Below, piece by piece: positions 1-11,000 of a DNA stretch of 64,000 nucleotides (the first letter of the stretch is position 1; every line of letters begins with the position of its first letter). The stretch comes from Asterias rubens (taxonomy: Eukaryota). The stretch spans positions 20,026,001 through 20,090,000 of the forward strand of contig NC_047067.1 in NCBI RefSeq assembly GCF_902459465.1. Reading direction: 5' to 3'. The notes under the pieces are model-generated. The model was not told the origin of the DNA. It saw nothing but the letters and a program-made list of their open reading frames with translations, and made no database searches. The position numbers and the translations under genes are program-made.

Positions 1-461
1 AAAAGGCCTTTTCTAAAGCGCATCTCCAACGAGGAAATTTCTATTGGAGCGGTTCAGGGGGACATCAAGGCCATGACATGGGGCAACTGAGGCAATTGCC
101 TGTTGCCAGCGTGAAGCATCATGTCTGAATTTGGTATCCACTTTTGAATTGTTAGAGCTAAGGGCATTTGTATTGTGTGGTTTTTGTGCAATAGTACAAC
201 AAAAGATGGGGAAAAAAATGCCTGATAAATAGTACTTTAATTCTTAGAACAGACTGGTGCCTTAATTATTTTTCACAGTGCTCTACTGTCAAAAGACGGG
301 GTATTCTCCATCAATGATTCTTGTTGCTGAACTGTAACTGAGTTTAGACTAAGTTGTCTTCACTTTTCTTGTAAACAAATGTGCTTGTTTACAATTCGGT
401 GTATGTCTCTCGTTTATTGTTAGCTTGTATTTTTAAAAACTATTTGTTGACTTGGTTGTAG

Positions 462-3400
462 GTTTCTGCTGGCTTTGGTGTAGGTACTTCTATCCTCATA
501 GGAAATAACTTAGGAGGCAACAAACCTGACAGGGCCAAGCTTTTTTCTGCTTGCGGCCTCATGCTTGGGAGTAAGTAACCACTCAAAAATATTATAACAA
601 TAAGAATAGCGCTTGCTTCGAGCATCTCAATGTGCTTTTCATGATAAGCAACAATCAACACTGAAGACTAACAATTACCTGCAATTCTTATCAAGTAATT
701 GTATAGTATACTAATAATTAATACCATTGTTTTATGAAACAAAAGATGCCTCATAAGTGAATTTAATCACTATAGCTCACAAGCAGGGAAATTCTGGGGT
801 TCTTAACATTCGTGACCAACCCTAGCACACGAGACCTACAGCTTATAGTCCCAGCCAAAGGATAGGGCAATCCTTCTGATGGAACTAAAGTGACAATCAA
901 TGCCAATAGAAGAGATTCACGCTTTGTTTCTGGCTGTGGCTGCTGAAGTGACAAATGTTTGCTTTTTTTAACACTTGTTTTGTCTAACCTATACAGCAAC
1001 TGCTTCAGTGGTCTTTATCATTCTATATTTGTCTCTTCAAAATGTTCTTGGATATATCTTCACAACCGATAGGTAAGATGCTCCAAATTGTCTTTTTATT
1101 TATTTTCTTTGTTGAAATTCTTTCGTGAAAAGTTTCTCATGGTGTTACTGCAAATCTAACATTGTATCTCCACCATGCAAAGTTTCCAATCCTACTCATT
1201 TACATGGTGTTACTGCAAACCTTACTAGATTGCATCTCCCCCATGCAAAGTTTCAAATCCTACTCATTTACATGGTGTTACTGCAAACCTTACTAGATTG
1301 CATCTCCCCCATGCAAAGTTTCCAATCCTACTCATTTACATGGTGTTACTGCAAACCTTACTAGATTGCATCTCCCCCATGCAAAGTTTCCAATCCTACT
1401 CATTTACATGGTGTTACTACAAACCTTACTATATTGTATCTCCACCATGCAAAGTTTCAAATCCTACTCATGTACATGGTGTAACCACAAACCTTACTAG
1501 ATTGTATCTCCACCATGCAAAGTTGCAAATCCTACTCATGTATTTGGTGTTACTGCAAACCTTACTAGATTGTATCTCCACCATGCAAAGTTTCAAATCC
1601 TACTCATGTACATGGTGTTACCACAAACCTTTCTAGATTGTATCTCCACCATGCAAAGTTTCAAATCCTACTCATGTACATGGTGTTACCACAAACCTTT
1701 CTAGATTGTATCTCCACCATGCAAAGTTTCAAATCCTACTCATGTATTTGGTGTTACTGCAAAGCTTACTAGATTTGTATCTCTATCAGGCAAAGTTACA
1801 AATCCTACTTGTAGCTATGTTCTTTTCATTTGTGGCTTTATTTCTTATAACAGTGATGTTATTCAGCTAGCTTCAAGTGTTGTTCCCATTTTTGCTGTCT
1901 TCATTCTAGTCGACAGTCTGAATGTAAGTTTCCATTTTGCATTTAGATATTTCACAATATTAGCAACTTACCGCCTAGAACTCTGAGATGTTTTTGTGCT
2001 CACCCGCTTGATGAGTTTTTTGCAAATGCAATGGTAGCAGCATAACGATCTCTCGTAACCCCCCCCCCCCACCCCAAAATGGACTAAGGTCTGGAATTGG
2101 GGATTACACAATAACACCCCCAAAAAGGGAGATTTGGAGCAAGATATTCCAGTACCTATTGTCCAGTTTTGTTGAAGCATAACACAGAGTAAGTGCTTGC
2201 GCTGGAAAGTTCAGGCATTTTTATATGTTTTTCCGTGGGCATCGTAGGCATCGGGGACATTTTTAAAACTTGTCTCTCCGGAAAAATGTATCTTGTATAC
2301 CATCTTCCAGCAGACTTTGCCAATTTGAAAGTTTCGTAAGTCTTGTGACGGGCTCATTACAAATTAAAATGTTGTAAGTATGAGTTGAGATAAATATATT
2401 TTTTGTTTTGTATCTATTTTAGGCTGTGTGCCATGGTGTTCTACGTGGATGTGGCTACCAAAAAGTTAGTGCTATAGCAGTCTTCACTTGCTTCAATCTT
2501 ATAGCTATTCCTTTGGGTTGCACGTTGACGTTTGTCTTTGATTATGGATTCAAAGGTAAGTTTTTTCATTTTTGTAGGAAACTTTGTGCTGTTTTATTTC
2601 TTCCCTCCAATATCAGTTGAGGTTAACGCAATTTTCCCTTTCCTGAAAGAAATGATTAAATCAAGCTTAAGAATAATGTTTTTCAGCTTGTAGTTTTAAC
2701 AAGAAATAGCATGTGGGATGCAATTATTGCTTAGGTTTTCACACTTCTCTCCCAAGGGAATAACGGCCAGCCCTTTCACGCTTGGATCACTGTTTTTTTT
2801 ATTAAAACAAAAGATCACAATAGATAATTTGGATGTAAAGGCGTAGGTTGCTTGTGTTGTGTTATGCACATAAAACAACTAAGTGCACTTATCATAAAGA
2901 GAAGGGGTTCCAGGTCTGACTGGCAGCATATTGCGACACAGCACCTTGGAAACCATTACATGGTGCTATAATGTAATAGGTCTCATACTTCCAAATAAAA
3001 GCTTCACATACCTTGCAGGACAAAATATTGAGAGCTTTGATAAGCCCCTAGGTGTGTGATAAAGCGGTATACATGATATTAACGGAATAAGTTGAGTCTT
3101 ATANNNNNNNNNNNNNNNNNNNNNNNNNNNNNNNNNNNNNNNNNNNNNNNNNNNNNNNNNNNNNNNNNNNNNNNNNNNNNNNNNNNNNNNNNNNNNNNNN
3201 NNNNNNNNNNNNNNNNNNNNNNNNNNNNNNNNNNNNNNNNNNNNNNNNNNNNNNNNNNNNNNNNNNNNNNNNNATAATTGAAACTGTGACTCTTCAGGTA
3301 TCTGGTTAGGTTTGATGACTGGACTTGTTGTAGAGGCACCGTTTCTCCTGCTTTTCATCTCATTTATTAAGTGGGACAAAGAAGCCGTTAAGGTAAGATG

Positions 3401-4634
3401 TTATATCATTCTTCCAAGACATTGGCAGCCGGGATATAATAAGTAACACGAGCGCTTGCATCAAGTATACAACTTTGCATATATGCAAAACAATTGTCAA
3501 TGGCCTGCGACCCTAGCAGAGTCTTTCTCAAAGGATACATGACAATGGCAACATCACACTTTTGAACAGGCATATGAATGTAAAAGAAGCAGTCAAGTTG
3601 AAATACATGAATATTGGGTGCGTTCATTTAGCTTCCCTGGGTCGACCCAGGTCTGCCCCGGTACGTTCGAATAGCTGTGATGGGTTTCACCCGGGTCAGC
3701 CCCCAGTGCCTTGCACGCGGAGCAGGTCACCACGAGAGGGTGAGTGTGATCGTTCAATTAGCTCTTGTCAGGGGCTCACACGAATGAGCACTGCGGGGTC
3801 GACCCAGGGATGCTTATCGAACGCACCCATAGAGAGAGAGAGAGAGATTGAGGGGGCAGAAATAATTTTAAAAAGTGTAAACGCCGAATAGTGAGACAAA
3901 AGGGAGGTTGGAGGGTTTGACCGCATGAAGTTGGAAACAAGGGCAAAATCAAAGGTGACATAATAACAACATTTCTGTATTAAATCTTTGAATCTTTACA
4001 GGCACAGAAAAGAGCTGCTGTTTTGGGAGATTCTGATGAAAAAAAGGCACTTCGTGGTGATGAAGAAACTCCAGTACAGCTGGCTCCAGTCAATGACAGT
4101 GGGACAGTTGACAACACAATGCAACAAGTAGACAAATCTACTGATATGAGAAGTGTTGATAGTGCAGTAGATTTCAAGCCAGTGACTAACAGTGAAGATG
4201 TTAAGACTGAGGAGCGTTGTCTGGAGACTTCAATCGCTGCTGATGATGAAGAAAAGGAGTCAGAGCCCCTACAATCTGATCAAAGTAATTGTGTTGGTGA
4301 AGTGGCAGATGGAAAGGCTAGCTCAAGCCTTGGTGATGTCAATGCTTTACAAGACAGCAGTACGGCTGGATGTGAAGAGGCAGACGCCAGAAATGAAGAC
4401 ACACAAGATGAGAAGGGTGATGTCATTGAAATCCTTACCTTGGATAAGTTGTCGTTGAATCAGCTGATTTTACGTCGTGGTCTAGCTCTCTTCCTCTGTG
4501 TGTCTTTCTTCATTATATGCACCTTGATTTCTGTGTACATTGTGCCTACATTGAGACCAGCCATCAGTCCAAACTTTGCAAATACCACTGCAAACTATAC
4601 CTCTTATGACTTATTGACAGAGAGTTATCAATAA
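462..4634 (+). CDS. SLC47A: MATE family multidrug and toxin extrusion transporter (SLC47A-like), last six coding exons; 5' part lies outside the window
   Basis: GT-AG exons 462-570, 997-1072, 1854-1923, 2423-2555, 3298-3392 and 4002-4634 join in frame (371 aa + TAA). They encode GFGVGTSILIGNNLGG, LGYIFTTD, CHGVLRGCGYQK, GIWLGL and the metazoan 13th helix LSLNQLILRRGL, all MATE1-like. The paralog cannot be assigned. Confidence 0.93.
1139..1810. repeat. 68-bp minisatellite, about 10 copies, in a MATE intron
   Basis: Unit starts at 1139, 1204, 1272, 1340, 1408, 1476, 1544, 1612, 1680 and 1748. Consensus ATGGTGTTACTGCAAACCTTACTAGATTGYATCTCCMCCATGCAAAGTTTCMAATCCTACTCATKTAC. Confidence 0.97.
2870..3080 (+). 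mobile_element. 3' portion of a tRNA-derived SINE (same family as 10896-11170 and 14182-14532)
   Basis: Shares AGAGAAGGGGTTC...GCAGCATATTG...AAACCATTACATGG...GGTCTCATACT with the 10896 copy. Confidence 0.6.
3104..3273. other. Assembly gap (170 N) inside a MATE intron
   Basis: Run of N. The flanking exons stay in phase, so no coding exon needs to be hidden here. Confidence 0.99.
3616..3828. mobile_element. MITE with about 34-bp terminal inverted repeats
   Basis: Left end GGGTGCGTTCATTTAGCTTCCCTGGGTCGACCC; reverse complement of right end GGGTGCGTTCGATAAGCATCCCTGGGTCGACCC. GC-rich and non-coding. Flanks ATT/ATA are not an exact TSD. Confidence 0.8.
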
Positions 4635-6052
4635 AACAATCTAATACGTGCTATGTACGGATACTTGACTTTTAACGGTTTAGTTACGGGGACGGTACAC
4701 TCATCCTCGATCGCAGTATGTGTGTGTGAGTTACTTGCAATTAGAGCTGCCACGCGCTACCTAGGACCGTTGCATGTGTATAATTGCACTGCGACTGTTG
4801 CACGAACGGCAGACAAATAGGCAGCGCCTAACGACTTGTCATCAAGTCTAACAGAAAAGGTGCTAGTTCAAAGTACATTCCCCTTTTTAAAGGGTCAGTA
4901 TACATTTGTTTTTTTGGAACCCTTCAAATGTTTCAATCCTATGTAGAGATATACAATAAAAATAACCCATGAAAACTTCAATCATTTCAAAAGGTTATCG
5001 CATTTTTGAGTTATCGCCAAAAATCAAGAGTGAATAATATTCACTTAGGAAGAATAATCCCTAATTAGAATACACATAATCTTAGAACACACATAACCTT
5101 ATCAAGGTTTTCGGGATAAAAAGTGGTATATTTTTCTTAACTGCATTACTTTGAAGTGAAATGTTTTTGATAAATGATTATACTACCCAAAGCTGCTATA
5201 CTTCTTAGTATGCAAGTTTTTGTTGGAATTAATTTTCAGAGTCGCTTCCAAAGGTACACAGACCATTCAAAAACTTTAACTTATTTATAAGCTTTAATGT
5301 AAATGCAAATGATGCCATTGTTCTATAATATTAACATTTGCTGCGGTTTTTAATTATAATATTTACCTAAATATGCACTTACTCCTGCACCTCTATAAAA
5401 ACGTGTATATATTTTAAAGATAATACATACTTGTTTTTATGTATGTATTAATTATAGAACTGCCCGACTTATTAAGTACAACAATACCTCAAAACGATAG
5501 AGTTATTTGATGGTTTTATACAATGGACTTAAGTCACTTAATTTGCAATAAACAGTTTGGTAAACTTTGATAAATTTTTCCATCCTCTTACAAGTTTTAC
5601 CAGTTTTATAGTTTATTTGGATCTGCCTAGAGTCGCTCCTAGTCTATTTTGTATCTGTATTAACTTGCTGTAAAACAATCAAACCTACTTGCCATACTTG
5701 TTTTAAGTTTTGTATTGTACACGAAAGATTATTTTACGTGTGGTTTTTATGGTGTATTTTAGAGTGGCGGGGTGTAAACTTTGGTTTAATATTACAAGGT
5801 AATGCGTTGCATTTTTTGTGGTAAAAATTATGCATCATAAAAGCTTGAAATGGCAGTTTTTAACATTTCAACCTTATTTCAGCGATTGTAGAGATTTTTT
5901 AGATGTTAATTTAGTGTGCTCAAAAGATTATTTTATTTGTGTATTTAAAGTTATATAGTGTCTTTCTTCGTTAACTTGGGTTTAACAAGGTAATATGTTG
6001 CATTCGTGGTAAGAATTATGCACCACCAAAGACTCTAGATGCCATTTTCCAA

Positions 6053-6887
6053 ATAGCTGGCTGTAGCTTCGGCCGGTGTCACATGCAATTATGTCCTCTA
6101 TGCAATACTATCCGAAGGCGTTATTGCATATATGCAATAATGTCCGCCGGACGATTTTGAATATGCAATTGTGTCTGCCCGGACGGTGCTGCATAATGCA
6201 ATTGTGTCCGCCTGGACACATTTGCATATGCAGTTGTGTCTGCCCCCGTGCAAAACGGTCCTTGCAGTAAATTAAATGCCCTTGGTCGATGGAACTCGTT
6301 CGCCATTTTTTACAAGCTAAGTACAAGTAAGTGCACGTCATGAATGACATGGGAAAAGTTCGGCCGTTGAGTATTCGCTGCAATCATAAAATACGTGAAT
6401 ATTCATGCTGCATATTGGTTCAGTGCATGCACGCTCGGAGGACATATGATTGCATTTGCAATCATGTCCGCCGGACGGTTTTGCATATGCAATCGTGTCC
6501 CCCCGGCCGCTGCTGCATAATGGAATTGTGTCCACCCGGACACATTTGCATATGCAGTTGTGTCTGCCCCCGTGCAAAACCGCCCTTGCAGTAAATTAAA
6601 CGGCCTTGGTCGACAGAACTCGTTCACAATTTTTTACAAGCTATATATAATTGCATGTCATGAATGACATGGGAAATGTTCGGCTGTTTTAATTAAATAC
6701 GTGAATATTCATGCTGCATGTTATGTATAGGTTCAGTGCATGTACGCTCGCTTTTACGCGCACATACATGTACTTGTCCGCCGGACGGTTTTTGCATAAC
6801 CCCGGACACCATTGCATATGCAAAAGTGTTCGGAGCGGACAATACTGCATGATGGACACAATTGCATCTGACATCGGCTATGGCCAG
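6053..6887. mobile_element. Foldback/MITE-like element with imperfect TIRs and internal ~320-bp tandem units
   Basis: TGTCCGCCGGACG recurs at 6141, 6465 and 6775. The ends CTGGC..TAGC..CGRTGTCASATGCAATTRTGTCC are inverted. ATTTTCCAA flanks both sides (6044-6052, 6888-6896). Confidence 0.7.
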
Positions 6888-7258
6888 ATTTTCCAAGGTG
6901 AATCCCCATTGCTAATAATGTTGTATCATGAACATTAAACACACACTAGATATTAGCAGTGGTTTGTTGTCTTTTGATTATAAAACAAGTGTTGTTGTTT
7001 TGGGTTTTTGTTGCTTAGATTTATTTATTTATTTATTCATTTATTCATTTTTGGGGTTGGAGTTGGGGGGGGGGGGGATGTTTTGTCTTGCAAACAATGT
7101 GCAGAAAACTGTTTACCGTTTTTTTTAAATCCCAAAGTATTATACCTGAATGTCCAACTTCCCAAAATCAATGACCTCTAAATGACACTCAATGTAGAAT
7201 TTGAATAAAGATTCTTAAAATTTAAACTGAGAAGATGACCGAGTTGCTTATCGCACCT

Positions 7259-7680
7259 CCACGTGGTAGAGCTTTGAATGTTCTTGAGTGGTCATGTGAC
7301 TTAGCTTTATGGAAATTAATAACGTAAACATTATGAAGGAATGTGTACAAAATCAGTTGAAGCCACAAACTTGGCACTTTAAGCTTAACAGAATCATTGT
7401 TTTAAAGGAAAAATGTAACCACTTTGAAGATGCGAGGGATTTAATGTCCCTATAGGTCAAATGAGCCACGCCCCTTTTTCTAAGTTTCCGTCGTCTGGAC
7501 TAGAATCAGGACACAAATTGTTTAAAAGTACCTCAATGATCGGTCTTAATTTTATTTTTGTGACCCTCGTGTGAGAGTTTATTGCGCATGATAGTCATAT
7601 ATCAAATTAAGTTTGTTTAGAAATGACTTTATTACCGGGCAAAATTAATGAGTCACCTGCTGAAAGTGGTATCACATGAC
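7259..7680 (+). promoter_or_regulatory. Promoter-proximal E-box/M-box cluster upstream of the V-ATPase E gene
   Basis: CCACGTGG 7259-7266, GTCATGTGAC 7291-7300 and ATCACATGAC 7671-7680. A putative non-coding first exon ends at donor AAG|GTAAAG 7872/7873, with the acceptor at 7986-7987. Confidence 0.55.
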
Positions 7681-8015
7681 TGTAGCCTACTAACCTCGTT
7701 TTCAATTGGACGATGGTAATTCTAACTCGACCCCGTTATCTCATTAGTGTTAGAGTGAAAAACAAATCGCTGTTGTGTGGATGGGGATGTGTTTATGCTC
7801 AACACTGAGAACGTGTGTGCTTCGTTTTAGTACGATCCCTTGACGTCTCAATATATATCTACATCTATAAAGGTAAAGGGTGTCTGTCTTTTCCTAATTT
7901 ATCTACTTTTCTTGCACATTTACTAAAATTTTTGTGTTGGGGCTGTAATTCCTGCGATAATTTGTCTTCATTATTTGCTGTTTGTAGGGTCTCTGGACTC
8001 AAGTTTTCCTTCAAA

Positions 8016-11000
8016 ATGTCACAAAATGATGCCGAGGTGCAGAAGCAGGTAAATATTGATTTAGTTAGTCTTTAAAGTACATATTTATTAAATTGTATGG
8101 CCCTAGCTTTTTGGGGACATGGAAAATAAAAATGTTCTGACGTATCCACTGCTTATTTTCTCTGTCTTCTTTCGGAAAATTGCCGTATTCTGCCACCACT
8201 TTTTCATTCGTTTTAAACATGAATTTGGGCTTTCTTGCGTTAGTATCCAATTTACTCAAATGAGATATTCCTTTTGTTAAAACCGAGTGGAAACGTGTTG
8301 GCAGAAATCCACGGTACGGAAATCTTTCCAAATATTAATAATAAAATGGGGAAAATTCTGCATCTTTCAAAAATATTCAATGATTGCTACTGAGCTGAGT
8401 GAGCTGGGATTGGTTTGTGTATTTTAAATGCAGAACAAAACAAAACACTGCCACAAACAATGTTATTTTTCTACCATATTAACACCCTGTCCTGTTTGTA
8501 AGCAAATTTTTAGTGGCTTTGTGTATTTTTTAAACCAAATGTTTTCATTTTTCCATTTCCATTTTTAATTCAATGTAGGCTTCATTCATGATCATGTATC
8601 TAGTATAAATTTTGATAGTAAGTTGCAATAATTGTAACCCTCTGTCCTCCCAACGGATAATCGTAACCCTCCATCCTCCCGATAGATTAGTCGTAAGCCT
8701 TCATCCTCCCGACACGACGATGGAGGGTTACAATATTGGCTGTGGTACATAGATTGATCCGTAGATTTATTACATTTGTTCAATAATTTTGCCATGTTTA
8801 CAGATCCAGCATATGATGGCCTTCATTGACCAGGAGGCCAGAGAAAAGGCTGATGAAATTGATGCAAAGGTAAACCAAAATAACATAATGTTTGTTCTTA
8901 AAGTGGGTGGGGTGTTTAAACATTATTTATGTGTTTGTCATCGATTCAAAATTGTTTAATTTTTTGTGCTGGACTCAAAACTCGTCTAAGCCTCTAAACC
9001 TGAAATTACGCACAGGAGACGAAGGCAATGACCCTTGTTGCCCCTTGTTTTGGCCTTGGTGGCCCTTCAAAAGTTTCTCATATATACTCATCTTAAGATT
9101 TTTCAATGCAAGTGCCTTTTGCAAAAACTAAAATGGCCCTGCTTTCTCAAATGTGACATTCTAAGGCTGTCTTTTCAGAGAATTCTTTCTTAGAAAGCCT
9201 TGTCTGAGATATCACTTTGCTTTGTTATTGAATTCATTTCAAATTGTTTGTTTTCTTTATACATTTAACTATGTGTTCCTTAATTTATTTTCATTGGTAT
9301 TAACTGTATTATTCAATATTTATTTTCTCTGTGCATACATGTATGTGGGTATTTGTGTGATTTTTTGTGTTTATATGCTGCCTATTTGTTTGGTCTGTTC
9401 ACTGAACAGGTCAGCTACTGCCATGGTGTCTAATTTTTGCCTTTTGATTTCTTTGTAATTTACTTGTCACAGGCTGGTCCATGTATAGTATTGTTTTCTC
9501 TCTATTTATTAGTGCTGTGTCTTCCATTCTTAACTATTTCACAAATAACTGTGACTAGGGCAGGATTAAACCACTGTAGTTCTCAATTTAATGTTGTACC
9601 ACGTTCTTACAAAATGTACTTCTGTCACTATAAACAACATTGCATGCCTCAGCCTACTTTATTTGCACATAACCTTTGACATATTTGCAAATAGACTGGC
9701 TGTTTTGTAAACAACAATCAGACTCCTTTACACTGCTTACATTTGAGTTTTAAGCTTGTCTAGGTTTACATTTATTTTCCTTATTTTAAGATTGTTTGGT
9801 ACTTAATTAATTAATTAATTATTGTTTATTATACATGTATTTGTAAATATTATGTATACTTTGTAACTATGTACTTTAATGTTAATTTTTTTGTGGTTTC
9901 CTCTTATATTATACAGTGCCTAGGAGCATTTTTACCAATAGATTTGGCACTAGATAAATGTACAATATTAATAATATTAGTATTGTTGTTGTTAGAGGTT
10001 AATATTTCATGACTATTTCTATATTTCAGGCAGAAGAAGAATTCCAGATTGAGAAAGGGAGGCTGGTTCAGCAGCAGCGACTTAAAATAATGGAATACTA
10101 TGAGCGAAAGGAAAAGAATTTAGAACTGCAAAAAAAAATGTAAGTGAAACTAATCGGTGATGCAACACTTTACACTTATGCTTAAGTCACATATTTTCCT
10201 GGACTAAATTGTTAACAAAGCATGATGCCATGGCCCATTTTATAGAGTTCTTGCTTAGCTGAATTAAGCAGGATACCAATTACAAATGGCACATGTGACA
10301 TGGTGTTGCGGCCGATAACCTTATTCTGTAAAGCATAGTTTTTGTTGTACTTATCATATTTTTGTTCTTAAACCCTGCATATGAACCTGTTAAGCAGAAA
10401 ACTCATGCCAAGCAAATTCTTAGCAAATTCTTGCTAAGTAAGATATTAGTTGGGTACTATTCACAGCTATGGTAAATATATATGGTAACAAATTTTCGCT
10501 AAGTGAGAGTTTTCTGTGCATAGCAAGCTCTTGTGTTTACATGTGTCATATTTCTTTATCTTTTTCTTTCTTTATTCTCTCATAGCCAACAATCCAACAT
10601 GTTAAATCAAGCACGTCTTAAAGTACTGAAGTGTCGAGAGGATCACATCCTTGCCTTGCTGGAGGAGGCAAGAATACGTCTTGGAGAGGTGATCCAAGAT
10701 CGTAGCAAATACGCCAAGATCTTGTTTGGGCTTCTGAGCCAAGGGTTATACCAACTCATGGAGAAGAAAATTACTGTACGCTGCAAAGAGAATGACCAAC
10801 AACTAGTTAAGGTACTTTTGATGTGGATGAGAAATTGCAGACTTATATAGATTTAGACCTTTTCGTGTCTGCCTATTTGATATACATGTGTTTAAGGTTC
10901 TTGTGTTTCTGATCAGCAGAGTGTGGGTTTGAGTCCTGGTCGTGACACTGGGGTCCTTAAGTAAGACACTTGAAACCATTATTGCTGTGTCCTTTGGATG

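Noticed and set aside
440-661. Minus-strand 73-aa ORF
   Set aside because: It is the antisense shadow of the MATE exon 462-570.
1125-1636. Overlapping ORFs of 79 and 112 aa with repeated peptides
   Set aside because: They are translations of the 68-bp minisatellite. The unit length is not a multiple of 3 and the region is intronic.
1139-1810. CRISPR-like array
   Set aside because: Units are contiguous with no unique spacers, there are no cas genes, and the context is a eukaryotic intron.
2059-2074. Poly-C/poly-G tracts here and at about 7065, 12833, 15200, 21894, 23392, 32180 and 60597
   Set aside because: These are simple homopolymers scattered through introns and look like genome background.
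2966-3379. ORFs spanning 2966-3379
   Set aside because: They are artefacts of translating through the N gap.
6076-6942. Cys/His-rich ORFs on both strands
   Set aside because: They derive from TGCATATGCA repeats of a non-coding element.
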